A stretch of 64,000 bases of DNA from Epiperipatus broadwayi (Eukaryota > Animalia > Onychophora), in the NCBI GenBank assembly GCA_028023455.1, contig JAQFVV010000008.1, forward strand, positions 14,818,001 to 14,882,000, read 5' to 3'. Under the pieces are notes generated by a model that was given only the letters and a program-made list of their open reading frames with translations, was not told the DNA's origin and made no database searches. The position numbers and the translations under genes are program-made. This document shows, one piece after another, positions 39,801 through 53,279 of this stretch (its first letter is position 1; every line of letters starts with the position of its first letter).

Positions 39801-40384
39801 TATGTCTGGCACCTCTCTAATAGCCTTCATAGACAAACTGTAAAGATTTGTTAATTATTGAATGGTAAGTATTTATTTGTTTTTATTTTTGTTTAATATT
39901 TTAGCAAAAGTTATTTAGATACCTATTTACTAATCAAGATTATATGATTAGTTTTGTAAGCTATGTGCTAACCACCTGAAGAAAATCACATAACTAGAAC
40001 CAACTAAAATAATATAACTAGTTTTGTAGGCTATGTGCTAACTACCAGAAAATCCTAAACTTGACTAGAACATTTAAAATTTGTTCCAAGTTTATTCATA
40101 TGACTCAAATAAAATATAAACTATAGGCACAACAGAAAATTCACTATTAATGCACCTTGATGCCTTTTTATTTCATATATATATATAAAATATTTTTTTA
40201 TTTGATAACTTATTATAAATAAAATTAACATATGTACAAAGAAAAAGTTTACAAAGACAAATATATGATGAAACCATAACATATCCCCAGTTGATCAATA
40301 CAATGTGTTGTCCAATTTTTGAAAGTGGAACCAAAAGAAGGATGTGGCAGTTCATATAAGTAAATGTTTAACTAATCTATAATT

Positions 40385-41082
40385 CACACAATCACCATTT
40401 CTTATGCTTGCACATAATTGTTATTAAAACAGGCAAAACTTTCCATACAGTAGTGCCACTCAGTGCCAGCCAGAGTAATCATTGGATGCCAGAAGGCTTG
40501 TGCATAAAATCCCCATCTAGTGCCTACTCATCCAATATCCCCAGACTAGTTTCTGGCTTATGGTCTTCATCAGTGGAGCTTGGATCTGACAGCACTACCT
40601 AGATCTTAGGCACTGAGTGACACTACTGTATGGAGAGTTTTGCCTGTTTTAATAACAGTTATGTGCAAGCATAAGAAATGGCGATCATATGTATGTTTAG
40701 TGGTTTAACACCAATTCTGCCTAATAGGATAGTGGTGGCTATGGTTGTTAAAGAGCCAAAGACACCATAATGTATGGGTACTGAACTGAGTTAAGACCCA
40801 TATGACTATATAGGCTATTGAGCTTAGATTGAAAATATTATTGTGTTTTCAATTTTATTATCTTAGTTTTGTAGTTAAGTAGAGATAAAAGGTGGCGCTG
40901 GAGAGTTGCATTAGATCCTAAGATCTAGGTGCAGTGCTCTCAGACAAAGGCCACAAGCCAGAAACTTGTCTGGGGATATTGGATGAGTAGGAAGTAGATG
41001 TGAATTTTATGCACAAGCCTTCTGGCATCCATTGATTACTCTGGGACTGAGTGGCACTAATGTATGGAGAGTTTTGCCTGTT
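40385..41082. mobile_element. Family B fold-back, plus arm about one full monomer
   Basis: Minus arm 40385-40610, plus arm 40611-41082 with unit restart at 40621/41055; candidate TSD CTAATCTATAATT (40372-40384) / CTAATCAATAATT (41083-41095). Confidence 0.85.
40530..40585 (-). ncRNA. Hammerhead motif, family B (stem II mismatch)
   Basis: Minus strand CTGATGA-A-GAC-CATAA-GCC-A-GAAAC-TA-GTC-TGGGGA. Confidence 0.65.
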
Positions 41083-41099
41083 CTAATCAATAATTATTT

Positions 41100-44000
41100 T
41101 AAGAATCCATGCTCTTGTGAAAAAGCTCAAGTGATGATGTTGCACAACTAAAAAAAAATTGTAGACCATTAAGTTTTGTTTGTGATTTTCCTGGATAAGA
41201 ATTTGTGGGAATATAAGTATGTTTTAAATCATTCTTTATTATTTGTTTTGAGTATGTTGTACTTTCTGTTGTCAAATATAATGGAGCAACATGCAAGCCA
41301 TAGGAATGAATGTGTTTTACATATTTTTTTAAGAAATTGCTTAGATTTTCTGTATGTTTGTGAAACATAAATAGATATAGAATAAAAAATATGAGTAGGT
41401 TTTGAAAAATGTGTAGCATTTCTTCTGGACTTTTATTGCAAAAGACAAATTTGAGTTTGAGATTTAGTTTGAATCAGTTAATCAAAAGTATTTTCATTAG
41501 AATTGTGCTTTGTAGTAGATTAAATAAAAAATTTAATCATGACTGAGGAACACAAAGATTTTGGAACTTGGTTAGAGTTTTAGTGACCAGAAATGTGTTT
41601 CCAAGAATGTTTAGAAGAATAAATTATCTTCTTTAAATCTCTAAATGAGATGCTAACAAAATATTTGATATTATATTGTCCTAATTAATCAGCATGCTGA
41701 AAGAATGCTGTGAAAAAAGATCACCTGACATATGGAAATGAAACAAAACAATGATATTAGGCAGAGATGAATTTAGAATTGGATTAGCCAATATACATTT
41801 TGGCTTTAATATAGGTTACAAAAAGTCTAGGACAGGTCAAATTGAAGCCTCCTTAGCATGTGATCCTGATATAAACCCCAGATGTATGCTTTTATTATAG
41901 ACATGAACTTCCTAATATCCATGATTATAAGTATTTTCCCAGAATAGCATTTCACTATATGAAATTTCACAATGGAAAAAAACAATTTTAGAAAGAATGC
42001 TTTCATTTTTTTGCTAAAAGTGTTCATGATGAGATGAGTTCATGTGATGACTTAATTTTGTTTTAAACAGAGTGAATGAAATGCCAAGAAAGTATGAAGA
42101 GTTATCTATGAATAATGATGGGAATTTACAGCTTGTAGGCAGCTACCACATAGATGATTTGTGAACTTGTATTATGGATTCAGTCAATGTTTGGAATTTT
42201 GGAATATGCACAACAGGGAAATGTTCTAGAGATCTTTGAAGAATGTCAGAATATTGTTAATAAAGGATATGACAGGCACCATAAGGAAAGAAAAAATATT
42301 CTATGTTTGTTCAATTTCCTTAATTAGAGAATCTGTATAAAGGCTAATGGCAATAATGCAAGCAGTGATTAAGTGAAGTGCTGCACTACATTTGAAAAAT
42401 GTGAATAGATGCATGTAATTATTTATTTGATCTATTACAAAATAGTTCTAGCAATTGTCAGATATTTATATTCAGGTAGAATTTTATGTTGTGTGCTGAA
42501 CAGTAAATAGAAAGCATCCTTAAAATATACTTGGCATGCAATATAATTTTGTTCTCTTTTCAAGAAGATACAATTCTTGTACTAAAAAAATAGCTTGAGT
42601 GCATAGCGACTTTTTACTGCATAATGCAAAATAGAGAGTTTTGAAAGAATTAATTCATAGGAGGGGATAAGGAAAAATTGTGCAATTTTTTCTTATAAAT
42701 GTTCTCAAGTATAATAAAATACAAGTTATTTACAAAGGAGGAGAAGACATTTGATTTGTTTCTAAAACAAAATATGATATTGATAAAAAGATTGGGGAAA
42801 TTCAGTTTACTCAAACATAGTTGATTGTAGTACTTATAGGATAGAAATAATGATGTAGCCAAACTGTGTGTAGGCATTGACTTGATTAAGATCTGCTGTT
42901 AAAGAAGTATATTTCCAAAGTGCATAATTTCATTGTATATTTACAGCTTAGTGATCTAATTTTTTTTAGGAAGTTAGTCACTGTACTCTGATATTGGCCA
43001 ATTGCTTTTAGATTAGATTTTAGATGCTCAAGAGATTCCATGTTGATTTTGGAGCCTAAAAGGGAAATGCCATTCTTTGATAAAATAGTTGTGCCAATGG
43101 TATGAGATAAAAGAGCTTTTGCATAATTTACAGTAGCTCCTTCTTATACTTAAGTGTTACAGAATTTTGGTTATAAAATATGAATTAAACTGTTTTGTTT
43201 CATTTTGTAGTTTATAGATAAGATATTTTACATTGTTCATTTGAAAATAGCTTATAAAGTTGAGTCAATGTCTTCACTACATTCTTTTACAGTTATTTGA
43301 GCAGCAGTCTGTTAATTGATCACAACAGCACTTATTAAAAAGTTTTTGAAGATCAATCAAGTTTCAATCAGAGAGAGATTGTGCAGCTGATAATAATAAT
43401 AATAATAGTAGTAGTAGTAGTAGTAATAATAATAATAATAATAATAATAAATCCATCTTTTTCTAATAGTTCTGGCTTGTGTTTTAAAACTTGGAGTCCC
43501 ATGTGATGCCATTATTCCATCTGATTGGCTGTCACTTAAGCATTTTTAAAGTGTATCTGTTTGAAGGTGTTTAGCTTTCACGTTATTATAATAATAATAA
43601 TAATAATAATAATAATCTGCAATGATTATTTTATAAAAGTCACCATTATTTAAATTCCATAGGAATCCATTACTTAAATGTCAACTTATAGACTGGCATG
43701 TTATTTTGACATCCATTTAGTTTGAGAGTTAAATAACCATGATCAGAAGAAGAGACACTGGCAAAGTGGATTGAAGTTTTGAAATTTGAATGGAAATGCA
43801 AAAAAGAATCAATGAGAGATGAACTTTGAACCTCTGACAAATGAACCAGTACCTGAAGGCTACAGGGTTGATAGTGGTAGCAAAGCAAATTGATTGAGTT
43901 TGAGTTGAAATGCAAATATTAGCTCATCATAAGAGCAGTTGAAGTCACTGCAAAGGATGGTTATTGCAAGCCTGTGTAAGATTTATGTTTAAACAAGAAG

Positions 44001-44700
44001 TGTACTGGAAGAGCTATGAGATAAAATTGCTGTAATTTCTGATTAAAGGAGAGAATGATTGCATTAATAGATACGTATATTATGATTAATTTTGTTAATA
44101 GGATATATGTACTTATCAGAAGTCTAAACCTTAAACCGATCCAATGTTTGGTTTAGAACTAAAGATATAATTCTTATTTAGAGCATTAATGATAGCTGAT
44201 TGAGATGCTAAGATCTTTATTTCTGTAAGAGCAAATACATCACTGTGGTGATTCTCCAAAAGTCAAGTAGTTGTGAAACTCTTTTATGTGAATTTAGACC
44301 AAGGATATTAATTGTGGTAAAGCTTATATTGTTCTTATTATATATTTGAGTTGTTGGGTTGGCGTTTCTTGCTGGCATATTTAATACTAGATCAGGTATC
44401 TTGGTTCTTTTACAGTTCTCAAAAGTAGAAAAGGTGACTTATTCAACTGCATCATGCAGTTTTGGGTTTTAGCTGTAGAAAATTTTCTATGTATGTAATG
44501 TTATAGTGGAAAGTAAAAAATAATTCTGTTCGTGGATTTTAGACTAGTCCATGAATTCTTGGGACTGAACTTCCATAGACAATTATTGGGATTGGATTTT
44601 GGGAAGTGTCATTAGTTTGTCCATACTGTATTTCGTTAATTGCGAATCGATGTTGCCAGTAGACTGCACTAAATTATACCTAGCATTAATAATATCTACT
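41100..44700 (-). mobile_element. Heavily decayed L1/Tx1-like element
   Basis: ORF1-like PIIVYG..IHGL near 44580; APE-like INL..Y..P and SSSDH at 43670-43915; C-terminal CNKSPEEMLHIF near 41420; AAT/AGT microsatellites inside. Confidence 0.6.
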
Positions 44701-46625
44701 ACATAAATATAAGGCAAAAAAGCAACAACAACATTCATTTACATAAATATTATGCATATAATACATACAATTTATAACATATTATTATACCATTTCTTAA
44801 AAAAAGTGTTTATTTAAAAAATATATAAACGTTTAAATAAATTAATTTTTAGATCTCTTCTTTTTTTATAAACACGGCATTTCCAAAATATAAACAATTC
44901 TGAGCAGACGCTATTACTGTGTTTTGCTTGGTCTAATGGTTCAAAGGTGTTAAATTGGAACGGTAGCTTTTCCTGCTGACTCATTAAGTAAAAAACAAAT
45001 AAATAAATGTTTTAAAATATTTCTTCAATTTTACAATAAATAATGATGATAAACTAATGATTACATAAAAATTTTTCCTCACTTGATGTAGCATTTTTAA
45101 TACCGTCATTTAATTATTCAATGAAGAACAGAAATTAAAAGTAATTATAGAGACTAAAAAACTAAAAATTATATTAAAAAAATAAATATTTGTTAACAGC
45201 AATTAATAAAACATTTTAAAACTGGCTAATATATATCTTTGAATTTTTAATGATTTAAAATTATTATTGTTTTATAACTTTTTAACCAATTGGCAGAAAA
45301 TTCTGCTAAGACAATAATCATTAACCTCTCATATTAAGAACCACCAGGTAAAAAAGAGAGATCACTCTTTTCTCAAACTAATTATAATAAAATAATCGAT
45401 TGCCTAATTGTTCTGGAGAATATGTGATGTTCAAGCACCATCCAAGAATCTTTCACTCTCAGATCTATCACTATTGCATTAGACTAGACTATACATAGTT
45501 AAAAAACTAATTGTTTCATTGTAATTGATTTATTTCAACGTTTTGAACATTGACTAAAAAAAGATTTTATTCAATATAGATATATGTAAACAATGGATGA
45601 GCATGCTTTTGTCTAAAGAAGCCAGATTCATTGCACTTATTAGATTCAGGATGCATTATATAATTTATATGGAACACTAATTTATGTAAATTAACAATTT
45701 ACATATTCCATTTTTTAGATAGTTGAATACTATTTTCTTTTTTACTAATTACATGGGAATTGTTAGAAATAAACCATGCCACTTTTACCTTTCGCTTTCT
45801 GTCATTATGTTCAGTACAGATGATCTTAACATTTACTGGGTTGATAATGTGGTCAGGCTGCTGATCGTACTCTAAGAAAAATAGATTTGTGTTCAGAATC
45901 ATTTTTTGCACATTATAGATTTGCATTAATTCATGCATTACTCTAAAAATTATGATTTTAAACATAAAACTTTTAAAATTGTGCTTAAGACCTCATAGAA
46001 ATAACTTTCTGAAATTTAATTGCAACTTTTTAGCTGAAAGGACTTTATGGCATAGTAGTCATCACATGTTTGACCATAATTTCAAGCTTAATTTGTACTA
46101 GCTCTAATCCTAGCAAAAATTCCTATTGTATAGGTTTTGAAAAGGTGTGCAATATTAAATATTGTTAAAAAGTTGCAAGAGCAATGCCTATATTATTATA
46201 ACACCTACAATCATAGAATATATGTTTTTGATTTTCAAAATCTTTTTGACAGAGGGGGCAAAAAGCATAAGTCAAACTTTATTAGAAAATCAAAATATTT
46301 CAGCTCAAGTTTCCAGAATGTAAATCTTCTAACAAGTTGCTATATGTTTAAGCCCCAAATGGGATTGTTTTGACTATTTAGTGTTGGTTGGTTTATTAAT
46401 AGATATGTTTGCCAATATTTATACTTATTTGTAGGGGGACAGAAGGTTAGTTTATCTATGCTTAATAGTGGTTTTATTAGATTAGCCCAATAACCAGTAC
46501 TAGGGGGGTGTCTATCTGTTGGTGTAATCTTTAATGATGTAGCAACATGATTAAATAGATTTGAAAGGGAAGTAATCAGATTAAATGTTTCTATATTTTG
46601 ATTATATTTAATCAGTGATGATGTT

Positions 46626-46773
<148 letters not shown>

Positions 46774-46977
46774 TGATGCGCCAGCTGGTTTGGTGATCGT
46801 AGATATCGGTAGGATATATTATATATTTCTAGTAATAATAAAACTAAAAATTTTTTTATTTAAAATAAACCGTATTAACTCTAAGCAACCCAATATTCAG
46901 TATATATAGTTTTTTAAACTTAAGAAAACTCCTCCGATGAGGAATTTGTGTGCAAGCGGGTTTTTTTTAACTCCAAT

Positions 46978-48467
46978 ATGGCGATCTCTTTGAATGCAGC
47001 AAGCATTTCTTATGCTGACACAATCAAAGCATCCACTAAAAAAGGAGATTTTCCTCAGAATGTGGAAAAAAATCAAACTCCAGTTTCAAGATTTCGTCGT
47101 TCAACAATGAATGATCTAATGAAACTAGATGTGAGTTCAGAATCTGATCCATTACCAGTTAACTTAATAGAAGAAGAGATCTGGACTAATGAAAGTCTAA
47201 TAAAAATTTCTGAACGCTTTAATATGACCATCCCACATGACCTATTTATGTCGTTTAAACGTTTCTTTACTGACCGGTCTGTTATCCTTGCAATTACAGA
47301 TATAAATTGTTTGCTGTATAGATTTCCTAAGGATTTGCTATACAAAGAATTAAGCACAAATAATTTATGGGATTCTATATTGCGCATTGCAGATCATCCA
47401 AATCCTCGCTATCTTGCTATTGAATTCTATAGCGAAGAACAAAAAAACAAATTTGATAAAACAATTAAAACATTAGAGAAATATGCTTGAGTAAAAGTTA
47501 ACCAATATAGAGAAAATTTTATTACCGGCACAACCAAAAATACGTACTTTAACTATACAATAAATGACCTCAATAAATTAATGCAACCGTTCGGAGTTGT
47601 TGTTGCCTTTCAACCTATATATTTAAAAGGAACTCCGATACCGATCTATGGAAACAGTTATCATTTTAAAGTTAAATTAAATCAAAATGTAAATCCAAAT
47701 GATATTCCCACTCTTATAACCGATCACGAAGCGACGCTACTCTTAATAATTCATGGACTTAAACCGCAATGTTTTCACTGCAAACAATGAGGGCATATTA
47801 TAAATGCATGCCCAAAACTTAAATGTAAACACTGTGATATGAGAGCAACCTCAAGTCATCAATGTGGAAATGCGCCAGTAAATAACACAGATTTCACTCC
47901 TCAACCGATAAGTGAATCAACTACAATTTGCTATCAAAATAATCCAATTAATGATGGTGTAACAGATGATCTAAACATCACCAGAGAGCAATCAGTAAAT
48001 GACGAAAGTGAATCAATTTTACCTGAAAATCAATCACGGAATGACGAGGATAAACCAGTGTTACAAGAAAATAGCCCATCTCAACAAGAAATATTAAAAA
48101 GTGATTGCCAAAATCACGAACAATCAAAAACACCCCTTAACAAAACTTCGCAAGATATTATAGACTATCTAGTGCCTTGCCTGCCACCTACAGACCCGAA
48201 AATAAATGACACTGCCAACTGAAAACCAGGCAGACCGCAAAGCAAATGAAGCAGAAAAATGCAGCAGTGATTGATCTTAGTGAAGATGATATGCCCCAGA
48301 CATTAGATCATAAAAAAAAAATAAGAAAAGCAAATATGAGTTCAACAGATACCGAGTTTGAATACACTTCAGATGAAGACCCCAGCACCAATAAAAAAAC
48401 AAATGTGCAAAAATTATCACAGGAGGGAGGAAGTAGAACCTCCAGACATAAAAATTCTTTGTCATAA
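46978..48467 (+). pseudogene. LINE ORF1 (CCHC zinc knuckle), interrupted
   Basis: One frame through TGA stops at 47488, 47788 and 48220; CFHCKQ*GHIINAC = CX2CX4HX4C; later frameshift. Confidence 0.8.
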
Positions 48468-48550
48468 TTTGTGCAAGTTATCTTAACTATATAAAACTAT
48501 AATCTAATTACTACATCAAGTGTGTTCTGTTTTTATTGAGTGAAACTATA

Positions 48551-51500
48551 ATGAATATAAAAATAGCATCATTAAACATCCGTGGATTAAACTCACTGGA
48601 AAAAAACTATCAATTAATAAAGTGGCTTGAAATTATACAACCTCATTTGCTAGGACTACTTGAAACAAAAATTTATAATAAATCTCAGATTAATCCATCT
48701 AACTATCTTAATAATCAAGGATACTCAGCATTCTCCCAAGCATCATTTTCATCCTCAGCAGGAACAGGAGTAGTAGTAATGAAAACCTGCCCCTTCTATT
48801 CATTCAAAATAATATATAGATGCACACATATTACTTATAACATTATATGATAAAATAGTTACATTGAATGTAGCATTTGTTTATTTACCTCCAAATCACA
48901 CAGTAATTAATAAAGTCATTCAAATTATAAATTCCAAAATAGCATCCTCATCACATCCATTAATTTTACTTGGTGATTTCAACATGTCATACAATGAGTT
49001 TGTCACAAAATGGTTGCACTTACTAGCCATACCACTCATGAGTGGAGAAGGCTATCTCCCACAGAATTCAGTAACATTTAATAATGGCAGGTTTTCATCA
49101 TTAATTGACCTGGTCTTCTACTCACCAATGCTATATCACATGATCAGCCTAACAATAAAAAAACTCATCATTATCAGATCATTCTGCAATTATTGTTTCA
49201 CTAAAGAATGATTTTATATACAGATCAATAACATCTATTGGAAACACAATTAGAGTGCTTCTTCCATGTTGAACCCCAGAATATTTATTCTCAGAAATAT
49301 ATATATATCTCTTCAAACTTCGAGACATTGAAATGGATCCAGTGCAAACATGGATTGCCTTTGTTAACATTATTTCATATACAATTGATGTCATAACAAG
49401 GGCTACCCCAGCCCCTTCAAGGCTTCTAGCTCTTGTAGATGAAACACACAAAAGAATCACAAACAGTACTACAAATAAACAAGGCTGTTCAAATGTGATT
49501 GCCCTGAAGAAACTTTCTAAATCAGTCTCTGAAGAACTTAAAGAATACCTGGCAATTAAAAAAAGAAAACTCTTTTTGACACAGACACACACATGGTCCA
49601 GACACTATATTTGCTGGGCACTGGGACAAAAGCCATCAACTCGCATACCGACAGCAATTAAAATACAAGAAGATATAATTTCTGGTTACAACATGTTGCT
49701 ACCTCTCTACACACATTTCAAATCCAAACTTCAAGAGAAGAAAAAATTCAGCCCTGCACCATTTTTTCTCGGAGCCAGAAGAAGATATAGTATTTACTCC
49801 CAAAGACTTTATTCAAAAATTAGCATCAACCCCAAACTCCAGTCACCCAGGAATGCATGGCATACCTTGCTTTGTATTCAAGCATTTAGAAAATTTTACT
49901 GCTCAGTATCTGTGTAATCTAGCAAACTTTCTAACAAAAAAGATTCATCATATATACGGATTATACCTTATTTTACTAGTACCATTTATCAAAACACATG
50001 AAAAAATAAACACACTAAACAATCTAAGGCCCATATCAATGAGCCCTCTGGGTATCAAACTGCTGGAGTCAATCATTAAAGACAAAATAGAACCCTATAT
50101 TACACCTATACTATCTAAAATGCAGTTTGCTAAGAAAGGCTCATCTACAATGCAAGCAGCCTTTCTATTCAAAACAGTTATTGATTCTGTCAGAAATAAT
50201 AAAAAAATATAGTCCAGTTGTAATCCAACTGGATATAAAATCAGCATTTGATATGATTTCAATTGAACTCCTTGAAGCATTAGCAGACACAACAATACCA
50301 AGATCCTTAATATATTTAATCACCAATCTTCTATTAAGTCGAAAAATACATATTACACTTAATGGTAAGAATTCCCCCTCTTTTGTACCTTACTGTTAAA
50401 TTCCACAAGGTTCACCACTAAGTGCTCTTTTTTTACTTTCTATATCAATCCCTTACTGAATATGATAGAAAAAGAATTATCAGACATATACATACCTGGT
50501 CTAAAAGCAAACATCTCCTATATTGCCTACATGGATGATGTCTCGATTTTTTTTAACTTCTAAAAAGCAGATCCCAACTCTATTGAAAATTCTTAATTCA
50601 TACACTAATAAATACAGGCTGGAGTTTAACATGGATAAATCTTCTGCGTGGTCAATATATACAGGACAATTTCACACCCAACATTTTAAAGGAAAACCCA
50701 GCTCTTTTGTGGGATTCCCCTTCTATTTGAGCAATCTAGAAATGCGTCGACAAATACAAGACAAAATTAAAAATAAAATAGAAAATATAATTGATTCACT
50801 TTCAAAATCTTACCTTTCACTGTATTCAAAAGTATCCCTGTTTAATCTATTAATTATGACTCGAATCACATACTATTCTCCAATAATACTATACACTAAA
50901 TCTTTTACTAGTAAAATAAACTCGTTATGTAGAAAGTTGCTGTGGGGAAAAAAGATTGTTTCGGTTTCACTAAAATGGATTCAAGCTCCTCTAATACAAA
51001 ATGGTTTAGGACTACATTCAATACATATTTTTAACATTCAAAAGACATTAAATCTCATTTCTGCATGTGCTTATTTATTTCCATACATGAAAGTGTTCTT
51101 CAAGATTACCCCAACAGATAAACCACCACCAACCAATCGATATTGGAAAACATTGCTTACACTAATTCTTAACATCCCAAACATTATTTTTTCACCACCT
51201 CAAGATAAATTTAAATATTGGGAGGTATACCAGATAATTTGCTCTTCCCTAAATGATAAAAAACCAATCTTAAACATTAATAATAGACAACTAACCCAAA
51301 AATTTAAATTCTGGTCATTAGAACCCAAATATTATGATTTTCTACTCAAATTAAATCTTGAAGCATTGCCAATATTACACTTTTGTAGATATAGAAGGCA
51401 TTACATAAATACAGAAGACATATGCTGGTTGTGTCATAGAGAAACTGAGACACAAGAACATTTTCTTTTTACCTGCCCTGTATTTGATAATATTCGTTTT

Positions 51501-51758
51501 TCCATACCATCATTGTACAAACAAAGAAATTGTGACATTCAAACCCTTTTACAATCATTTATTAAGGGTAGCTACCCACATATTCGAGCAAGTACTTTTA
51601 TATTGTTTTCACTATGGTGTACAAGATGCTCCTTCATGTACAACAATAATCCAAGAAGACATCCAAACACATTCTGGAACAAAATGGAACAGCTTCACTT
51701 AAGGGATGAAAAAATTGTATCCCAAAAGATGTACACAGCCACTTGGTCAATATTATAA
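48551..51758 (+). pseudogene. LINE ORF2 (APE endonuclease, reverse transcriptase, C-terminal zinc finger), frameshifted
   Basis: SLNIRGLN, LLETK, GDFN, SDH; LRPISM, QLDIKSAFD, PQGSPLS, AYMDDV; CWLCHRETETQEHFLFTC. Confidence 0.9.
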
Positions 51759-52038
51759 CAGCGCTCAAAATTATAGAGAAAAAAAAAAGACTAATAAAAA
51801 ACAACTAAGAGCTTTACAAGTGCACAAAATTAATTGGATGTATATATTTTAAAGAAAATAATGTAAACTCAAATTTGTAAACCACATGCATATCCTTTGT
51901 CTTTGTTACCCCCCCCCCCCATTACAATTTTCAACTTATTTATACTAACTTCAATTCATCTGCATGTGGTAAAATAGTTATAAATGTAACATTTTTCTTG
52001 TTATATTCAATAAAGTCCTTTTGAAAGATAAAAATAAT

Positions 52039-52538
52039 NNNNNNNNNNNNNNNNNNNNNNNNNNNNNNNNNNNNNNNNNNNNNNNNNNNNNNNNNNNNNN
52101 NNNNNNNNNNNNNNNNNNNNNNNNNNNNNNNNNNNNNNNNNNNNNNNNNNNNNNNNNNNNNNNNNNNNNNNNNNNNNNNNNNNNNNNNNNNNNNNNNNNN
52201 NNNNNNNNNNNNNNNNNNNNNNNNNNNNNNNNNNNNNNNNNNNNNNNNNNNNNNNNNNNNNNNNNNNNNNNNNNNNNNNNNNNNNNNNNNNNNNNNNNNN
52301 NNNNNNNNNNNNNNNNNNNNNNNNNNNNNNNNNNNNNNNNNNNNNNNNNNNNNNNNNNNNNNNNNNNNNNNNNNNNNNNNNNNNNNNNNNNNNNNNNNNN
52401 NNNNNNNNNNNNNNNNNNNNNNNNNNNNNNNNNNNNNNNNNNNNNNNNNNNNNNNNNNNNNNNNNNNNNNNNNNNNNNNNNNNNNNNNNNNNNNNNNNNN
52501 NNNNNNNNNNNNNNNNNNNNNNNNNNNNNNNNNNNNNN
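52039..52538. other. Scaffold gap (500 N)
   Basis: Run of N; the ORFs crossing it are artefacts. Confidence 0.99.
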
Positions 52539-52644
52539 TAAAGTAGTCATATTATTTATTAACAATCAAAATATATATTTCTGCAAAAGGTCACAAAATT
52601 GGAATCTTTTCTTAACTTAAGGAAGAAAAAAGTAAAAAGTTTAA

Positions 52645-52702
52645 TGCTCCCCATCCCTTTTACTTTCTGTATTTGCTCCCCATCCCTTTTACTTTCTGTA
52701 TT
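52645..52702 (+). repeat. 29-bp tandem duplication
   Basis: TGCTCCCCATCCCTTTTACTTTCTGTATT twice. Confidence 0.9.
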
Positions 52703-52852
52703 CAATGAATTTGATAAAACCTTAGGTATAAATTTATGACAAGTATTGAAAGAAATATGTGAACATTATGTGTGTATAAATATTTTGTATAAATATGTCA
52801 CACAATTGTAATACATATTTGTATATTTTTTACTATCATCATCATCTTCAAA

Positions 52853-53091
52853 CATAGATCTATTGCAGAATGAAAATTTTTCCACGTTTAATCCAGTTTC
52901 GATGGTGATATCTAGAATTTTTTCTCCACGTCACACCAAAAAAATCCCCTATTTTATCCATCCATATCATACATAGATCTATTGCAGAATGAAAGTTTTT
53001 CTATGTTTAATCCAGTTTCGATGATGATATCTAGATTTTTTTCTCCACGTCACACCAAAAAAAATCCCCTATTTTATTCATCCATATCATA
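52853..53091 (+). repeat. 119-bp diverged tandem duplication
   Basis: CATAGATCTATTGCAGAATG starts at 52853 and 52972; the copies differ at several sites. Confidence 0.9.
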
Positions 53092-53279
53092 TATGGTCTT
53101 TTTCTATATCTTTTACAATCTCTTAGGAACTACTTTAAAACTTCAAATGTTCATATATTATCATTTCTACCAGCAACATATTCAGCCCAGTTCTCTTAAT
53201 TCTTTCAATGATGCCAGTGATATCTTCTCACCCATATATTTAATAATTAATCTCTTTTTACTACTCCTAACATATATCT

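Larger units (their letters stand above)
46780..51800 (+). mobile_element. Near full-length L1/Tx1-like non-LTR retrotransposon, inactivated
   Basis: ORF1 plus ORF2 organisation with a short spacer; A-rich 3' end near 51777-51800; 5' boundary approximate. Confidence 0.9.

Noticed and set aside
38700-40090. Possible decayed coding remnant (39379-39570 ORF and a more GC-rich stretch at 39590-39830)
   Set aside because: No motif I can assign to a family; needs BLASTX/HMM searches.
51978-52620. Two ~195-aa ORFs
   Set aside because: They run through the 500-N gap.
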